Assembly: GCA_951406725.2 (NCBI GenBank)
Contig: OX597824.1
Span: 51,584,001-51,648,000, forward strand
Source: Octopus vulgaris
Lineage: Eukaryota
Reading direction: 5' to 3'
Length of the DNA: 64,000 bases
Both the position numbers and the translations under genes were made by a program. Under the pieces are notes generated by a model that searched no databases, had not been told where the DNA came from, and saw nothing but the letters and a program-made list of their open reading frames with translations. Positions 35,501 through 49,647 of the stretch are shown here, piece after piece. Position 1 is the first letter of the stretch; each line of letters opens with the position of its first letter.

Positions 35501-36956
35501 GTAAGTGAGACATTGTAATATTTTTCATCTTTTTTTTGCTATTATTGTCAGCCTGGTTCCGCATTTGATCTTACTGCACAATGCTTTGGGCAAGTGTCAA
35601 CTATTGCATCATATTGACCAAAACATTGTGACTGGAATTTGGGAGACAGAAACTGTGCCGAAGCCTGTTAGTGGTTGGGCACTCTGTAAAGTGGATGACA
35701 TTAGGAAGAGTGTCCAGCTACACAAATATCATGCCAAAGCAGATATTGGAGCACAGTGCAGTCTCTTGACTTATTGAATCCTGTCAGACCATTCAATTCA
35801 TGCCATCAAACAATTCAACCCATGTCTATGTGTGTATGTGTGTGTGTGTGCATGTGCGTGCATTCGTGTGTGTGGAGTCAACAGTACACAAGTTCAGCCT
35901 CAAACTTTATAAATGACTTATGATGACAAGCATTCCCATAGGGACCAGTTTGTCTTTTGTTCTGGAATTGTCTACTCAAGACCTCATTGTTCAGTAAATC
36001 ATTTTTTAAGGTAGCAAGGTGTGATGAGATTCAGCCAGTTTCAATTTAATTAAACAACCATATTGATGCTATGTCATTTCTCCATGATATATTTGGATGT
36101 TGAGTCTAATGGAGGTGATGACAAGTAATCAAGACCTTTGATGATTTGCTGTGCTTGAGAAGACACATCAAACCAAGTGAAATCTTAGTTGTGGCCAGTG
36201 TCAGTGACTTGTAAAAGGCACCCACTACACTCTTGGAGTGGTTGGAGGAAAGGTATCCGGCCATAGAAAATGGAGCCTGGTACAGTTCACCGACTTACCA
36301 GTCCAAGTCAGACTGTCTAACCCATGCCAGCATGGAAAGCAGGCACTAAATGATGATGATGATGATCTTGACTGTAATATCTTATTTTTAACTACTTTGT
36401 GGAAAAACATTGAATGAATCAATTTGCAAAGTTCTTGGTGCTCACTTGACCTGCTGGATATAGCAAAACATTTAAAGATTGGAGAGTACATTACATAGGG
36501 TAATGTAGTTGTAGACACATCTATAAGTAATGCAGGATGTTCGTTTGTGGAGTGCTTTTGATGCCTTTAGCATTCAGATTTTTCTGTCAAATGTAATGCT
36601 TATTTATTCACATTCATTTGAATCAGTCATGCATTATCTCATGACTTTGAGATTTCAGTGACTGTTTATGATTGTTTATTTCTAGAATAAGATTGTGAGA
36701 GGCTAGATCTGACCAGTTTGGACATAAAACTGGTAGAATATTTTGGCTGGATATGGCTAGTTTAAATGCTAAACGGTTAAGACAAGCAGAGGTCAATACA
36801 AGGACTGTTGCCAGACAAGTAGTTTAAGGCAAGCAGGATTCAATATTAGGGTTGCTACTTGGTTTCAACTTTTGAACACGTTGTACTCTTAAATCTACAA
36901 TGGTTTATATAATGCTGACCACAAATTCATTTCTTGGTTTTGTTTTTTACTGCCAG

Positions 36957-37053
36957 CTTCCTCTAAACCAGTTGTGCACCCAAAATCAATCATGAAACCA
37001 CTATTCTGGACCCGTATTCAAGTCCAAGAGGTCAAAAGGAAACAGCCTGCTGG
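36957..37053 (+). CDS. FMN: Formin exon, FH2 start (SSKPVVHPKSIMKPLFWTRIQVQEVKRKQPAG)
   Basis: MKPLFWTRI is the FMN-type FH2 lasso motif. Acceptor tgccag, donor GG|gtaag, 97 bp (phase 1 to 2). Confidence 0.93.
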
Positions 37054-40000
37054 GTAAGCTATCAATTGATACATGTATTTATTGATTTATAGATTCATTG
37101 ATTTATTGAAACAAATTGATCATGTTGTTGTTTATTCCCAAATCAGTCTTGGTTAAGCAAATCTGTCACCAAAGACATTCTAGCTATGACTCCCCAAGTA
37201 CAGTGCACCCAGAACAACATTAACATGTCCATTTACAACAAATGGGTGTGATTTGAGGGAGATTTGGCTGCTATTTCTAGCAGGTTGACTGGATACATTA
37301 TGAAACTTTAAGATTATGACTTATGACTTCATAACTGTCCCGTTTGATTTGAATTTCTACTTTTAGGTTTGTGTGACTTGTGAAGGGTTGGTGTCCTATT
37401 CATGATGCTCATCATTCCAGTCTACAAAGTTAAATGCTAGCTTTATTAATTCCTGTTGTTAATAGTTAAGCCATTTTGTTGTTTAATAATAGTGTTGTAG
37501 TTGTTTAGCCACAAGATAGTTATGATAGGGCAAACCTGTGATCAAAACACTCCAAATATAATTATTTTAGCCTTTAGGGACTACATTGTCGAATGTGTTT
37601 CTTGTTTATCAAAACAGTAGAGTGTGGTTTGAAGTAATGTGGCTGCTTTTGTCTTTGAAGTCTAATTTTAGAAGTGTTCTGGGCCAGTGGTGGTTGAGTA
37701 CAACTCAGTTGATTTTAAGTTATAATTGAATGTTTGTATGAAAGGTATTCGGTATGTTTTTGAATGAACTACAACTCACAGTGGTGGTGTATCAGAAATA
37801 GCAGATCAATGGTCCAAATACCTTACTCTGTTTAGTTTTGCTCCTCATTGTTTGGTATCAAAAGTACTTTTTAGGGGAGGCAATTCTAACTGTCCTAGGT
37901 TACTATAATTTTAGTATATCATTACTATACATCCGTGCTGCCCAACGTCTGGCCTTCGAAGCCTTAGAATCTGGCCCGTTAGTCGTTCTTCACCTTATTC
38001 CTTAATATTAACGCAGAAGCTTACTACTGTTATTTTTCTTTGATTAATAAATGATTATTGGCTGCCAATAAACAGTTCTCAAAGCAGCTTGCAACTCTGC
38101 ATTCTGTGTGCCTTGTATGTGCATAGCTGTCACCATAGAAATAAATTTTAGGTTTTCTTCTTCCATGTCACTGGAGGTCCCTTGCTTGCAAAAGTTCCAC
38201 CCCTCCCCTAATGGGGTGGCATGGCATATGTGCTTTTTCTACCTCTGCCCCCGATTGAGGTGCTGCCCAGGGAACATGCCTTCTTTCACACTGCCACAAG
38301 CAACACTTCATATATGCATACTGTGTTAACCTGAAAGCATAAAAATTGATTCCCCATGCTTGCTCGTATGGACAAACAAAACCTGAAATTTATTTCTATG
38401 ATAGGCTCTATCTGAAAAATTTGTGGCGTTCGGCTGCTCTTTTCTTGTTTTCTTTTCCAGTAAATTACCATAATAATTTTTCATGTTACAATTTTTCGCC
38501 AGAACTTGGGTTTCCACCCACCCTCTGGCTGAGAACAACTCTAAGCTGAGTTCAAACAGATGGGAGGTGGTGGCATTTGAGACCTTGCCCGGGAGAACCA
38601 AAATGCCAAGCAACAGGTGGTCCTAATTTCCAGAAGCATTGATTTGAAGTTTTCAGTTTTGGTTGAATGTTGTTGCGTCAAGTCTAAAAATAGTGCCTTT
38701 CCATTTACTGACATCGAAAGTGGATAAAAAGTGACTTACCACAGCGTGTACGATTGGTTGATTTGGTCATGTAATCAAAAGCCTCAGAGCGCTCACCTCA
38801 GCAGGTTGAAGATGTGCTCCACAATAATCTATTGTGGTTGAGGGTGTTGTTTCTTAGGAATAATATCACATGACTTTTCCGCATCAATAAAGCTGGCATT
38901 TGAGGTGATTCAATTTCAAATTTACTCTGACACAACCTTTGATATGGAAGCCTTCTGATACTGATGAGCAAATTAGCTTCTTTTTTTACAATAAGTTTCA
39001 AATTTTGTTTATCCATAGCATTGGCTAGAAAAATCAGGAAGGTAAACAAGGAAAATTGCAGGTTTAATGAGGCATGGACAAATTTATATTTCTTTGTGGA
39101 ATCAAATACAAAACGTCTCTGCCTGATTTGTGGTGAAACAGTCGCAGTTCCAAAAGTTGAGAATGTGAAATGGCATTACACATTAAAGCACGCTTTGACC
39201 CATAATTGTTATGAAGGAGATCAACGCAAGGAGAAAGTGCTTTTACTTCAAAGGAATTTAGTCTTGCAACAGAATATTTTTTGGAAAATAGATGATGAAT
39301 CGAGAAAATATGCCAAAGTAAGTTTCATCATTGCTGAAAAGATTGCATGCATCATGAAACCTTTTTCTGAAGGAGATTTTGTCAAAGAATGTATCACCTT
39401 GGCGACTTAAATTCTATGCCCAGAGAAAGAGAAAGCTATAAAATGTCTTAGTTTGTTGCGTAGTACTATGACCTGAAGGATTGAAGAACTGGCCAAAAAT
39501 ACAAAAATGCAGTTGAACGAACTTTGTAAAAACTTTGGAGCTTACAGCATTGTCATCGATGAATCTACTGACATTACTGATACACCACAACTGGTGATTT
39601 TCGTGTGAGATGTTGATTATATTATTTACAAAGAAATCGATACAGTGCTTGAAAAGGTGGGACTGACTTACAATTGCCTGGTGGAAATTGCTACCGATGG
39701 TGCACTGGTGATAATTGGCAAGGAACAAGGCTTGTGTAGTTTCATCCAAAGAAAGCTGGAATCCCTGAGTGTAAGTAAAGACCAAATAGTGTGGTACCAT
39801 CGTATTCTCCATCAGGAATCATTTTGCTCCAACATCATTAAATTTGATCACGTCATGGATAATATCATGAAAGCTGTCAACTTCATTCAGAGTCGTGCAT
39901 TAAATCATTGACCATTTCGAAATTTTCTCACTGAGATAGATGCAGTATTTGCTGGCATCCCTTACTTTGCTGAGATCAGGTGGCTCAGCCGTAGCCATGC

Positions 40001-40889
40001 TCTGAAATGTTTTTACGATATTCGAGAACATGTAGCAGCATTTCTTGAAGCAAAAGGAAATCCATGCATCAAATGGATGAATAAGTTTTCTTCTCTGGTG
40101 GACATTATAGACAAGCTGAATGAGTTGAATGTGTGGTTACAAGGAAAGAAAAAAACTCATCCATAATTTGTTTCAGGAAGTGACAGCTTTCCAAAAGGAA
40201 CTGGACTGTGGATTGCTTAAATTGCTGACAGCAATTATGCTCATTTTTGTTGCCTTCAGGAACAATTGTACATTTCAACCATAAACCAGGAATTCTTTGT
40301 GAGTGAGTTAAAACAGATCCAAGAAGAATTTTCCAGGAGATTTAAGGATTCCTGTGCTTGTGAAGACCAGCTGAAAACTTTTTCAATGCCTTTTGACGTG
40401 TATCTTACTGATGCCCCCTTTGAGCTTCAAATGGAATTGAATGAATTACAAAGAGACTGTGATGTCAAGAGTCAGTTTTTAAAAAGGAATCTGATGAACT
40501 TCTACAAATGCAGTCTACCTTACACTCAATATCCAAATTTTACTTGCTACTCAAAACACTTTCTCATTTTGTTCAGTTTGACATCGATATGTGAATACCT
40601 CTTCAGTTGTATGCAATTGGTAAAATCGAACAAAAGAGATTCTTTGAGAGATGCTCACCTCAAAGATAAACTCCAACTGGCCTTAAATATTCCAATAGAT
40701 ATTGAAAAGTTTCTTGATGACTGGAAACAATTTCAAGTTTCTCATTGATATTTTCATTCATTATACATCCAAAATGAAATTGTTTATTATTGAATAAAAT
40801 GCCATTTGAACAAATGTTTTTTTCTTAAATCTTGATCAGTTGTTAAATTTATTTTGTAGAATGTAAAGTTAGAAGTCAAATTATTTTTC

Positions 40890-43680
40890 ATGATGAAGAT
40901 GATCATCATCATTGTTTAACGTCCATTTTCCATGCTGGCATGGGTTGGATGATTTGACAGGTCTGGAGATCCAGCAGCTGCACCAGGCTCCAATCTGATC
41001 TTGCAATGTTTCTACAGCTGGATGCCCTTCATAATGCCAACCACTCTAAGATTGTAATGGGTGCTTTTTACATGCCACCAGCATAGGAGCCAGTCAGGCA
41101 AACCTGGCATTGATCACGTTTGGGTGGTGCTTTTTACATGCCACTGGCATGGGAGCCAGTCAGGGAGCATTGGCCCCAGCTACGATATTGGTTTTACTTG
41201 ACTCAACGGGTTTTCTCAAACATATTATATTACCTGACGCATCAGGGGTATTCTTAACTGGGCCGGACATGCGTGGCTGTGATCTCACTTTAGTTGCCGG
41301 GTCTTCTCAATCACAACATATCTCCAAAGGTCCCTGTCTCCTGTCATTGCTTCTGTGAGGCCCAATGTTTGAAGGTCATGCTTCACCACCTCATCCCATG
41401 TCTTTCTGGGTCTACCTCTTCCACAGGTTGTTTCTACAGTTAGGGAGTGGCACTTCCTCACACAGCTGTCTTCATTCGTACGTAACACATGGCCATACCA
41501 GTGCAGTCGCCTCTCTTGCACTCCACATTTGATGCTTCTCATGCCCAACTTTTCTCTCAGGGTGCTTACACTCTGTTGTGTATGCACACTGACATTACAC
41601 ATCCAGTGGATCATACTAGTTTCATTTCTTTCAAGCTTATGCATGTCCTCAGCATTCATGGCCCATGTTTCACTGCTGTGTAGCATGGCAGTTCACGCAC
41701 ATGCATCATACAGTCTACCTTTCACCCTGAGCGAGAGGCCCTTAGTTACCAGCAGAGGTAGGAGATCCCTGAACTTTGCCCAGGCTATTCTTATTCTAGC
41801 TGCTACACTCTCAGAGCAACCACCCCCACTACAGACTTGGTTGCCTAGGTAGTGGAAGCTATTGACTATTTCTAGTTTCTCCCACTGGCATGTGATGGAA
41901 TCTGTGTTCTGTACATCTTCAGTGTTTATTGGCCCAGTGCATCTGCCACATGCAAAAACTATTTTCCTGGTTAACCTTCTTTTGATAATGCTGCACCTTT
42001 TATGTGTCCATAGCTTACACTGGGTACATTTTACAGAGTTTCTACCCACGCCTTTTCTACAGATCGAGCACGGCCATCTACCTGAAGTGGGTTGTGATTT
42101 GACAGCCTTCCTACTTATTAAGACTTTGGTTTTTGCTAGGTTAACCCTAAGGCCCTTCGATTCTAGACCTTGCTTCCACACGCTAAACTCCGTCTCCAGT
42201 TCTGGCAGTAACTCGGCTATTAGAGCAAGGTCATCAGCATAGAGGAGCTCTCAGGGGCAGCCTGTCTTGAATTCCTCTGTTATTGCCTGGAGGACTATTG
42301 GAATTCTTCACTATACTCATTGTCAACTCTCACCTTACTGATAGCATCCCTGTACAGGGCTTATACAGCTCTCACTAGCCACTCGTCTATCCCCAGTTTC
42401 CACATTGACCACCAGATAAAGGATTGAGGGACCCTGTCAGAGGCTTTCTCCAAGTGAACAAAAGCCAAGTACAGAGGTTTATCTTTGGCTAGGTATTTCT
42501 CCTGCAGTTGCCTTACCAGAAATATAGCATCAGTGGTGCTTCTGCTTGGCACAAAACCAAACTGCATCTCATCTAGGCTAACTCTTTCCCTAATTAGTTG
42601 GGCTATGGCCCTCTCTGTAACTTTCATCACCTGATCCAGTAATTTGATACCACTGTAGTTATTTCTATCTAAAGCATCACCTTTCCCCCTTGTAGCAGTT
42701 GACTGACTATGGTGCTGCTACACTAGTCATTGGGTATGACTCCTTCATGAACTACCTGATTTACAATGCGGGTGACCAGACCATAACCCACACTGCCCAA
42801 TATTTTAAGCATCGCAGCGGTGATTCCTGATGGGCCAGGTGTTTTCCCTATCTTCATATCCTTAATTGCTTTATCTACCTGGGTACTGTTGATTTGGATA
42901 ACTGGTCCCTCAATTTGGTCAACCTTTGGCAGACTACACTTTCAGCAGTCTTTCATAATGGCTTCTCCAAGCCTCTTTCTTTGCAGCATCATTAAACACA
43001 AGGGCACCATCATCCATGCGGACACATTTCTCTCCTATGACATCATGGTTTTCTCTCACACACAGTCTTGCAATCCGAAATATTTCAGTTCTTTGGTTCT
43101 CATGTCACTGAACATTGGCAAACCTCTTTTCTGCTATTCTCTTGGCTATATATACCTGTCTCCTAGCTTCCCTTCTGGCTATCTGATACAGTTCCCTGCT
43201 ACTCCCACTCTTCCAGGCCTGTTTCTTTGCTCTGTTGGACCTGTCTACAGTATTATTCCACTACCATGTTACCCTAGGTCTGGAAGGGACTTTGCACCAG
43301 CACAGATTTGGTCTGTGGCACTCAACAAGCTGTCTTGCAGGAATTCCCAGCTGCCTTCTATGTCACAGGACTGTAGTTCTTCCTCCCTATTGTCAAATTT
43401 CTCAGTAAGGATATCCCTAAATCTCTGACCATGTGAAGGGCTCCTAAGCTTCCAAGTCCTTCTTTTCTAGATTGGTCTGCTTTTTGGCATCCTTCTGGCC
43501 TCGAGTCTAAAGTCACTAATAACTAGTTTATGTTTGGGGGCGGGGTACATTCTTCACCAGGGAGGGTCTTTGTATTTAAGAGCAACCATGCATCCTGCAG
43601 TCAGGTGAGAATGAAATCGATCTGGCTAGTAGAGTCACCTTATTGATAAGTTATCAGATGGCTAGCTGGCTTCCTGAAGC
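40890..43680 (-). mobile_element. Decayed RTE-clade LINE nested in the hAT element
   Basis: ORF fragments with QFGF.P.RSTTDAIF, YADD, the PHD-like Cys cluster, RRL.WYGHV.R and GRGRP.KTW; 3' tail ccaacccatgccagcatggaaa..ggacgttaaac + (GAT)n. Confidence 0.92.
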
Positions 43681-43694
43681 TGGATGTCCAGTAA

Positions 43695-43850
43695 GAGAAA
43701 GAGATTTCCGGTAAGAGTGAGAGGGAAAGAGATTTCTGGTAAGAGTGAGAGGGAAAGAGATTTCTGTTAAGAGTGGGAAAGAAAGAGATTTCTGTTAAGA
43801 GTGAGAGAGAAAGAGATTTCAATTAAGAGTGAGAGAGAAAGAGATTTCCG
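43695..43850. repeat. ~27-29-bp minisatellite (aaagagatttc.g.taagagtgagag) x5-6
   Basis: Direct reading. Confidence 0.85.
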
Positions 43851-43892
43851 GTATTGGTAGCAGGAGTGGGAAAGGGTGGGCACAATCACCAA

Positions 43893-44500
43893 TCATTTTA
43901 AGGGCTGGAGCAAACAAGAAGGAGTTATTTTAAAGAAGAGTATGAAATAAGTATATACATGTAGCCAAGAAACAAGGTTAGTCATTGTAGGGTTAGAACA
44001 AATAAGAAAGAATTATTTTAGAGAATAGATGAATTTGAATGAATGAGGTGATTAAAAAAAACAAGAGGGATTCTTAGCTTAGCTGTGCATAATTTTGAGT
44101 GTCATCAGCCGATGAACACATGGAATAAACTAACAAAGTCTGAGAAGGGGGAGGTGACAGCCAGAAATGGACGAAGTAGACAGCCTTAGCCTAAAGCTTC
44201 AAGGAAGAAAAGCAGGGAGTAGTCATTGCAACAAGAGATAAGAGAGACATAGACAGGAAAGAAAGAAATTATTTTAGTGAGCACTGTAGAATACATAGCG
44301 ATACAAAAGGTCATTTTAAGGGCTAGAGCAAAGAAGAAGGAGTTATTTCATACTCTTCTCTAAAATAACTCCTTCTTCATGTAGCCAAGAAACAAGGTTA
44401 GTCGTAGGGTGAAAACAAACAAGAAAGAGTTGTTCTAGAGAATAGATGAATTTGAATGAATGAGGTGATTAAAGAAAAAAACAAGAGGGATTCTTAGCTT
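43893..44500. repeat. ~190-bp direct duplication (43893-44080 / 44312-44500) flanking a decayed LINE-like segment
   Basis: Both copies run from tcattttaagggct.gagcaaa to gggattcttagctt. An ADDT-like motif lies on the minus strand between them. Confidence 0.7.
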
Positions 44501-44899
44501 ACATGTAATATCTGGAGGCTATAATTTTTTGATAGCAATGACAAAGTAGAAGTAGCATCATAGGTATGTATAAATTGAGTTATGAATAATAATTATATAA
44601 TGAGTAATTTCTGTAAATAAAATAGTAAAATAGTCCTGAATACTTTTTCAAACCATTTCTAGTAGTTGTATTAAAAAATGAAAGACTAGAAACGTGAGTC
44701 TGGCCAACTGGCGCTGTTTTTTCTTAAATCCGGCCCATGTTCAGGAAAATTTTGGGCAGCATTGCTATACATCAAATAGGCTGACACACCATCTTTTGTC
44801 ATTCCAGATTGATGAAGACAGCTGTAACAGCACTTAAAACTTACCCCACCAAATGCTGCTTGTTGCAGCCGACTAGTTTGCAAAATGTAGTTGAGATGT

Positions 44900-45535
44900 G
44901 AAGATAATTAGGAAGCTTCCCCCATGCAATAAAGTTTTGTGTTAAAGTGGACAAAAATGCTACAGAAACTTATGAAATGCTCCAAACTGCTTATGGGTTA
45001 ACTTGTATGAGCCAAGCATCTGTTTTTCACTTGCATAAGAGGCCAGGAAAAACAAGTCTGTAGGGAAGCTCATGATGGTCCCCTTTTTCAACAGCAAGGG
45101 CATCATCTACATTCATTATGTTCCCTCTGGCCAGAGGGTCAACAAAGAATACTTTGTGGAAGTTCAGGAAGAGATTTGTCGCAAACGACCAGAGCACCTC
45201 CACCAGGACAATGCACCAGTCCCCAGTTCCATCCTGTTAACAACTACTTGACATAGATAGGCATTGAAACTATCCCTCACACTCTCCACAATCTAGACCT
45301 TGTTCCCTGTGACTTTTGCTTGTTCCCTAAACTGAAAGAGAAAAGATGAAAGAGACTGTGACAAGTGTTCTGGACACGTTCACTTTGGAGGACTTCCATG
45401 GGGCCTTCACAAAGTGGCTAGGGCACTACAACCTGTGCATTGAAGTCAGAAGATCCTACTTTGAAGGAGATTAGAGTTTTGAACCTCTTTGGAATTTATA
45501 AATGTCTCTTTTGAAAAAGTCCTGAAACTTCTATA
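44900..45535 (+). mobile_element. Internally deleted mariner (DD34D) remnant
   Basis: IKFCVK..KNATETYEMLQTAYG, VNKEY.VEV, HQDNAP, DL.PCDF.LFPKLK. Confidence 0.8.
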
Positions 45536-45783
45536 ATGCACTTTGCACTACCAGTATTGAACTTTTATTTCTTTTGGCAGTCATTAACATTAAGACTGAT
45601 GTGTGTAGGACTCAGTTCATTCAACTTCACTCATTTCATACAAATTCCTGAGCTTGTACCAATGAGATGGATTATTTATTTATTGATAAGAAATATAGTG
45701 CTTGTGGTGCCATTGGAGATAGATTTAGAGTCACTGACAACATAATGTTTAAGTGAAGAATAAAAAGGTGAGAATGTGTTGAG

Positions 45784-46029
45784 CAGTGTTTCTCAACTGG
45801 GGTCCATATAACCCTTAGGGGTCCATATAAGATTTTGTTGTTAAAATTTATGTATAATAAATCAGTTATGCACAAAATATTTTAATTTTTTAAATAAAAT
45901 TTCTTGTAATATTTAATTATAAAAATATAAAAGGATTTTCTTAAACATCGAATGGCTATGGGGGTCCACCAGAGTAAAATAGGAATCAAAGAAGTCGACA
46001 GGTAAAAAAAAACAAGTTGAGAACCACAG
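45784..46029. mobile_element. hAT-type MITE
   Basis: TIRs cagtgtttctcaac / gttgagaaccacag; degenerate 8-bp TSD gtgttgag / gtatagag. Confidence 0.75.
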
Positions 46030-46318
46030 GTATAGAGAGATTCTGTTAGTCTTGATGGTGACAAAAGATTTCTGTCTCTCTCTCATTCTAGATTTGTATT
46101 CAGTACTGTTGCATTAGGTTGCAGTAAAGTGCAATTATCAAAAACGTTGGCTATTTTTTTTACAGGCTACGTGACATCAATTAATCCCTTCCCTTCAAAA
46201 TTGCCAGCCTTGTGCCTAAATCAGAAGTCATTATTGTTGTTGTTATAAATAATGTTCGGCTAGTAGAAACTACACCTCAGATAATCTGCAATATCATTTA
46301 CCTTTTTTGTTTTTACAG

Positions 46319-46460
46319 CTCTTCAACAGACCATGTTTTACTGTGGGAAGAACTTAATGAGACCAGCATCAATTTTGATGAATTTGACGAATTGTTCTCA
46401 AAGCCTCCTGCTGATACAACTTTACGATCCAAAGCTAAATCTAAACCAAAAGCAGATAAG
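46319..46460 (+). CDS. FMN: Formin FH2 exon (SSTDHVLLWEELNETSINFDEFDELFSK...KADK)
   Basis: LW...EFDELFSK FH2 motif. Acceptor ttttacag, donor AAG|gtat, 142 bp (phase 2 to 0). Confidence 0.92.
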
Positions 46461-46639
46461 GTATATATATATATATATATATAATTGTCTGGTCTGTGTG
46501 TGTGTGTGTTTGCAGCAAGTGTAACATGAATGATTGTTGGTAGATTAAATGTGAGTAATATGACATGCCTGCTGGCAAACGCTCATTGAAACCTTTTCAA
46601 ATGTTGAATGTTGTCTTCCTTCTCCCTGTTCTCTCCTGC

Positions 46640-48810
46640 TTCCTCTTTTACTTCCTTAGAGTTGGCACTGTCAATGTAAGCACATTGAAAGGTAGGTCTG
46701 ATGAGATTGTTGAGATGCTTGAATGGAGGCATGTTGATGTGTATTGCATTCAGAATGAAAGGTGGAGGGGAGCTCCAGCCAGGTTCCTCACAGGCAAGAA
46801 AACGTAGATATAAAATATTCTGGAAAGGCAATAGTGATAGGGTAGATAAAATGGGCATACTTCTAGCTGAGAAATGAGCAGATAAGGTGATGGAGATAGT
46901 GTGCAATAGAATACTTAAGCCAAGGATAGTTTTGCAAAGTAGTACAGCAACAGTGATCTCTGACCATGCCCCTCAACTGGGTTTGCCAAATGAACAAAAG
47001 AATTGTTTTTAGACTACCTCAAAGGCAAATGACAATGACCTTGGTTGGTGACTTCAATAAACATGTTGGGCAGCAACCATGTGTCTTCTGCAGTGTGCAT
47101 GGTGGCCATGGATTTGGTTCCTGTAATGTGGAGGGAATAAGGCTTCTGGTGTTCTGTTATGTAAATAACTTAATGAGCTGCAACACCAACTTGAGGAAGC
47201 CAGCCAGTCACCTGATTGTATATCAATCTGGAGGCCAAGCTAGCCAGATTGATTACATTCTCATCAGAAAGTGAGATCTATGGTTGCTCGTAAATGTAAA
47301 GACCTTCCCTGGTGAACAATGTACCCCTCAGCATAGGTTAGTCATTAGTAACTTCGTTCAGTCTAGAATGATTCCAAGAAGTAGACCAGTTAGGAAAAGA
47401 AAGATTTGGAAACTTAAGGACTTTTGAATAGCCAAGGATTTAGGAATATCCTAAATGAAGCATTTAATGAGGAGGAGGAGGAGTTGCAGACATGCAACAT
47501 AGAAGATAACTGGAAGTTCTTATGGGACAGCTTACTGAGAGCCACAGAGCAAATTTGTGGCTAACGCAAATTTGTAAACAGACCCCAGGGTGACATGGTA
47601 GTGGAACAGTGTAGCAGACAGGGCCTTTAGTGTGAAGTAACAGACCTGGAAGGACTGGAAGTGTGGTGGTAGCAGAGAACTATATAAGATAGCTAGAAGA
47701 GAAGCTAGGAGACAGGTATACTTATTCAAGGAAGAAGTTTGCCAATGTTTTGTGGCATGGGGATCAAAGGCTTGAGGTGTTTCAGATTGCAAGACAGTGT
47801 GTCCAAGAAAGCCGTGATGTGAGAAAGAAGAGCAAATTTGCATGGATGATGGTTCATTTGCAGTTAGTATTTCTGTGAAGAAAGAGGCTTCTAAATGTCC
47901 CTATGAAAGGCTGCTGAATGTAGAGAATGCATGGGAGAGGGGGAGCCTTCTTTATGTGGACCCAACAGAGGAACTGGCTATCTGAACTGACAGTAGTTTA
48001 GATAAAGCATTTAAGTATATGAAGACAGGGAATCTGCTGAGATGCTCAAAATATCTGGCAATGTGGGACATGGCCTAGTCACCCATATAGTTAATCAGAT
48101 TGTTCACAAGGGACATACCCAACGACTGGTGTAACATCATTAGTGAACTGCTACAAAGGTAAAGGTGATGCCTTAGGCAGAACTATTTACAGAGTTATCA
48201 AATTGCTGGACTAGGTAATGAAAGTTGCAGAATGGGTCATCACTCAATTAATTAAGAAGAGAGTTAGCCTAGATGAGATGCAGTTAGGTTTTATTCCAAG
48301 AAGAAGCACCGCTGATGCTATTTTACTAGTGAGGCAACTTCAGGAGAAGTACCTAGCCAAAAACAAACCTTTGTATTTGGTTTTTGTTGACACGGAGAAG
48401 ACCTTAGACAGGGTCCCATGCTCCCTTATCTGGTGGACAATGCAGAAACTAGGGCTAGATGAGTGGTTGGTGAGAGCTGTGCAAGCCATGTACTGGGATG
48501 TTGTCAGTAAGGTGAGAGTCAGCAATAAGTATAGCAAAAACTTTAGTGTGCAGGTAGTTCACCAAAGATTGGTTTTTGGCCCCTTCTTGTTTATCATGGT
48601 CCTCCAGGCCATAACAGGAATTTAAGACTGGCTGTACTTGGGAGCTCCTCTATGCTGATGACCTTGTTTGCTCAATCACTACCAGAACAAGAGAAGAAAT
48701 TTCAAGTGTAGAAGAAAGGACTGGAATCAAAGAGCCTTAAAGTTAATTTGCCAAAGACCAAAGTCCTCATAGATAAGGAAACAGACAAATCACTGATCCT
48801 TAAGGGAAGG
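46640..48810 (+). mobile_element. Decayed RTE-clade LINE (APE plus RT), 3'-truncated
   Basis: VGTVNVSTL.GR..EI, IQ..RW.G, GDFN.HVG, SQIDYIL, QLGF.P.RST.DAI, YADD; many stops. Confidence 0.9.
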
Positions 48811-49543
48811 TTGGGGACCAGGTTTTGAAGTGTGATCAACAAATCTAGTGAATGTAAAAACACATTTTAGAAATATTGATCAGGGCATACAAAATTTGGT
48901 GATTAAAAAGAAAATCACCTTAAAACACTAAAACCACAATAATACAAATACTTTTGTCACTATCATTCATTTTCCAATCTAGCTCAAACTGAGTGGATTT
49001 CTTCTGCAGCGTATACACCATGCAGTATGTCTCTGACTGACTACTTGGTCCCCACATTGTTTCCACTCCTACACCATAGCCATGTGGCTGGGAGTAAATA
49101 AAGCTAAAAGGTTAAATGACTGGGTGTAAGAAAGACTAAATAGCTGTTGATGGACTCACTATACATCCTCATGGCCTACTAGAAATAGATCATGAAAATG
49201 TATAGATAGTTCTTCAAATCATATTCTACCACTTGAAAGATGTGTTCGTTGGACAGTGTTGTCTATGCTGTACAAAAATAAATATGATATAGTCATGGAT
49301 GGGATGCCTTTGATTATAACTCTGCTCAAAGGAGCTGATTCTGAGTTAAACAAAAAGAAGTGATCCAACAATATTCAAACGTCTAAATTTGTGAATGATG
49401 GGGGAAAAGAAGTTGTGCAACTGTGAAATAAAGCCCAAAAAAATTTCTGTATTTTCTATATCATAATAATAATTTGTTTATTTTCAAATTACATTCCCTT
49501 GGTTGTAATGCTATTTTTTATTCCTTGAAATTATATTCTCCAG

Positions 49544-49631
49544 GTTGTAAAATTGCTGGATTCCAAACGATCTCAAGCTCTTGGTATTTTCTTGTCTAGT
49601 CTCCGACTGGAAATGGCAGACATTGAAAATG
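49544..49631 (+). CDS. FMN: Formin FH2 exon (VVKLLDSKRSQALGIFLSSLRLEMADIEN)
   Basis: KLLDxKRSQAxGI motif. Acceptor ctccag, donor G|gtgagt, 88 bp (phase 0 to 1). Confidence 0.95.
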
Positions 49632-49647
49632 GTGAGTTTTTATTTAA

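Larger units (their letters stand above)
37933..44764 (+). mobile_element. hAT (Charlie/SPIN, GTF2IRD2-like) transposon with decayed transposase (~39020-40748) and nested insertions
   Basis: 8-bp TSD ctatacat at 37925-37932 and 44765-44772; TIRs ccgtgctgcccaa / ttgggcagcattg; motifs RKV..EN.RFN..WT..YFFV, CLIC, DESTD, TDGA, RWLS, CE.LFS.M. Confidence 0.93.

Noticed and set aside
35016-35564. Gly-rich minus-strand ORF and the poly-Thr, poly-His and poly-Val ORFs
   Set aside because: Shadow frames of the formin FH1 (CCA)n repeats.
38964-40748. Domesticated GTF2IRD2/EPM2AIP1-like host gene
   Set aside because: Multiple stops and frameshifts, and enclosed by TIRs and an 8-bp TSD, so it is a decayed transposon.
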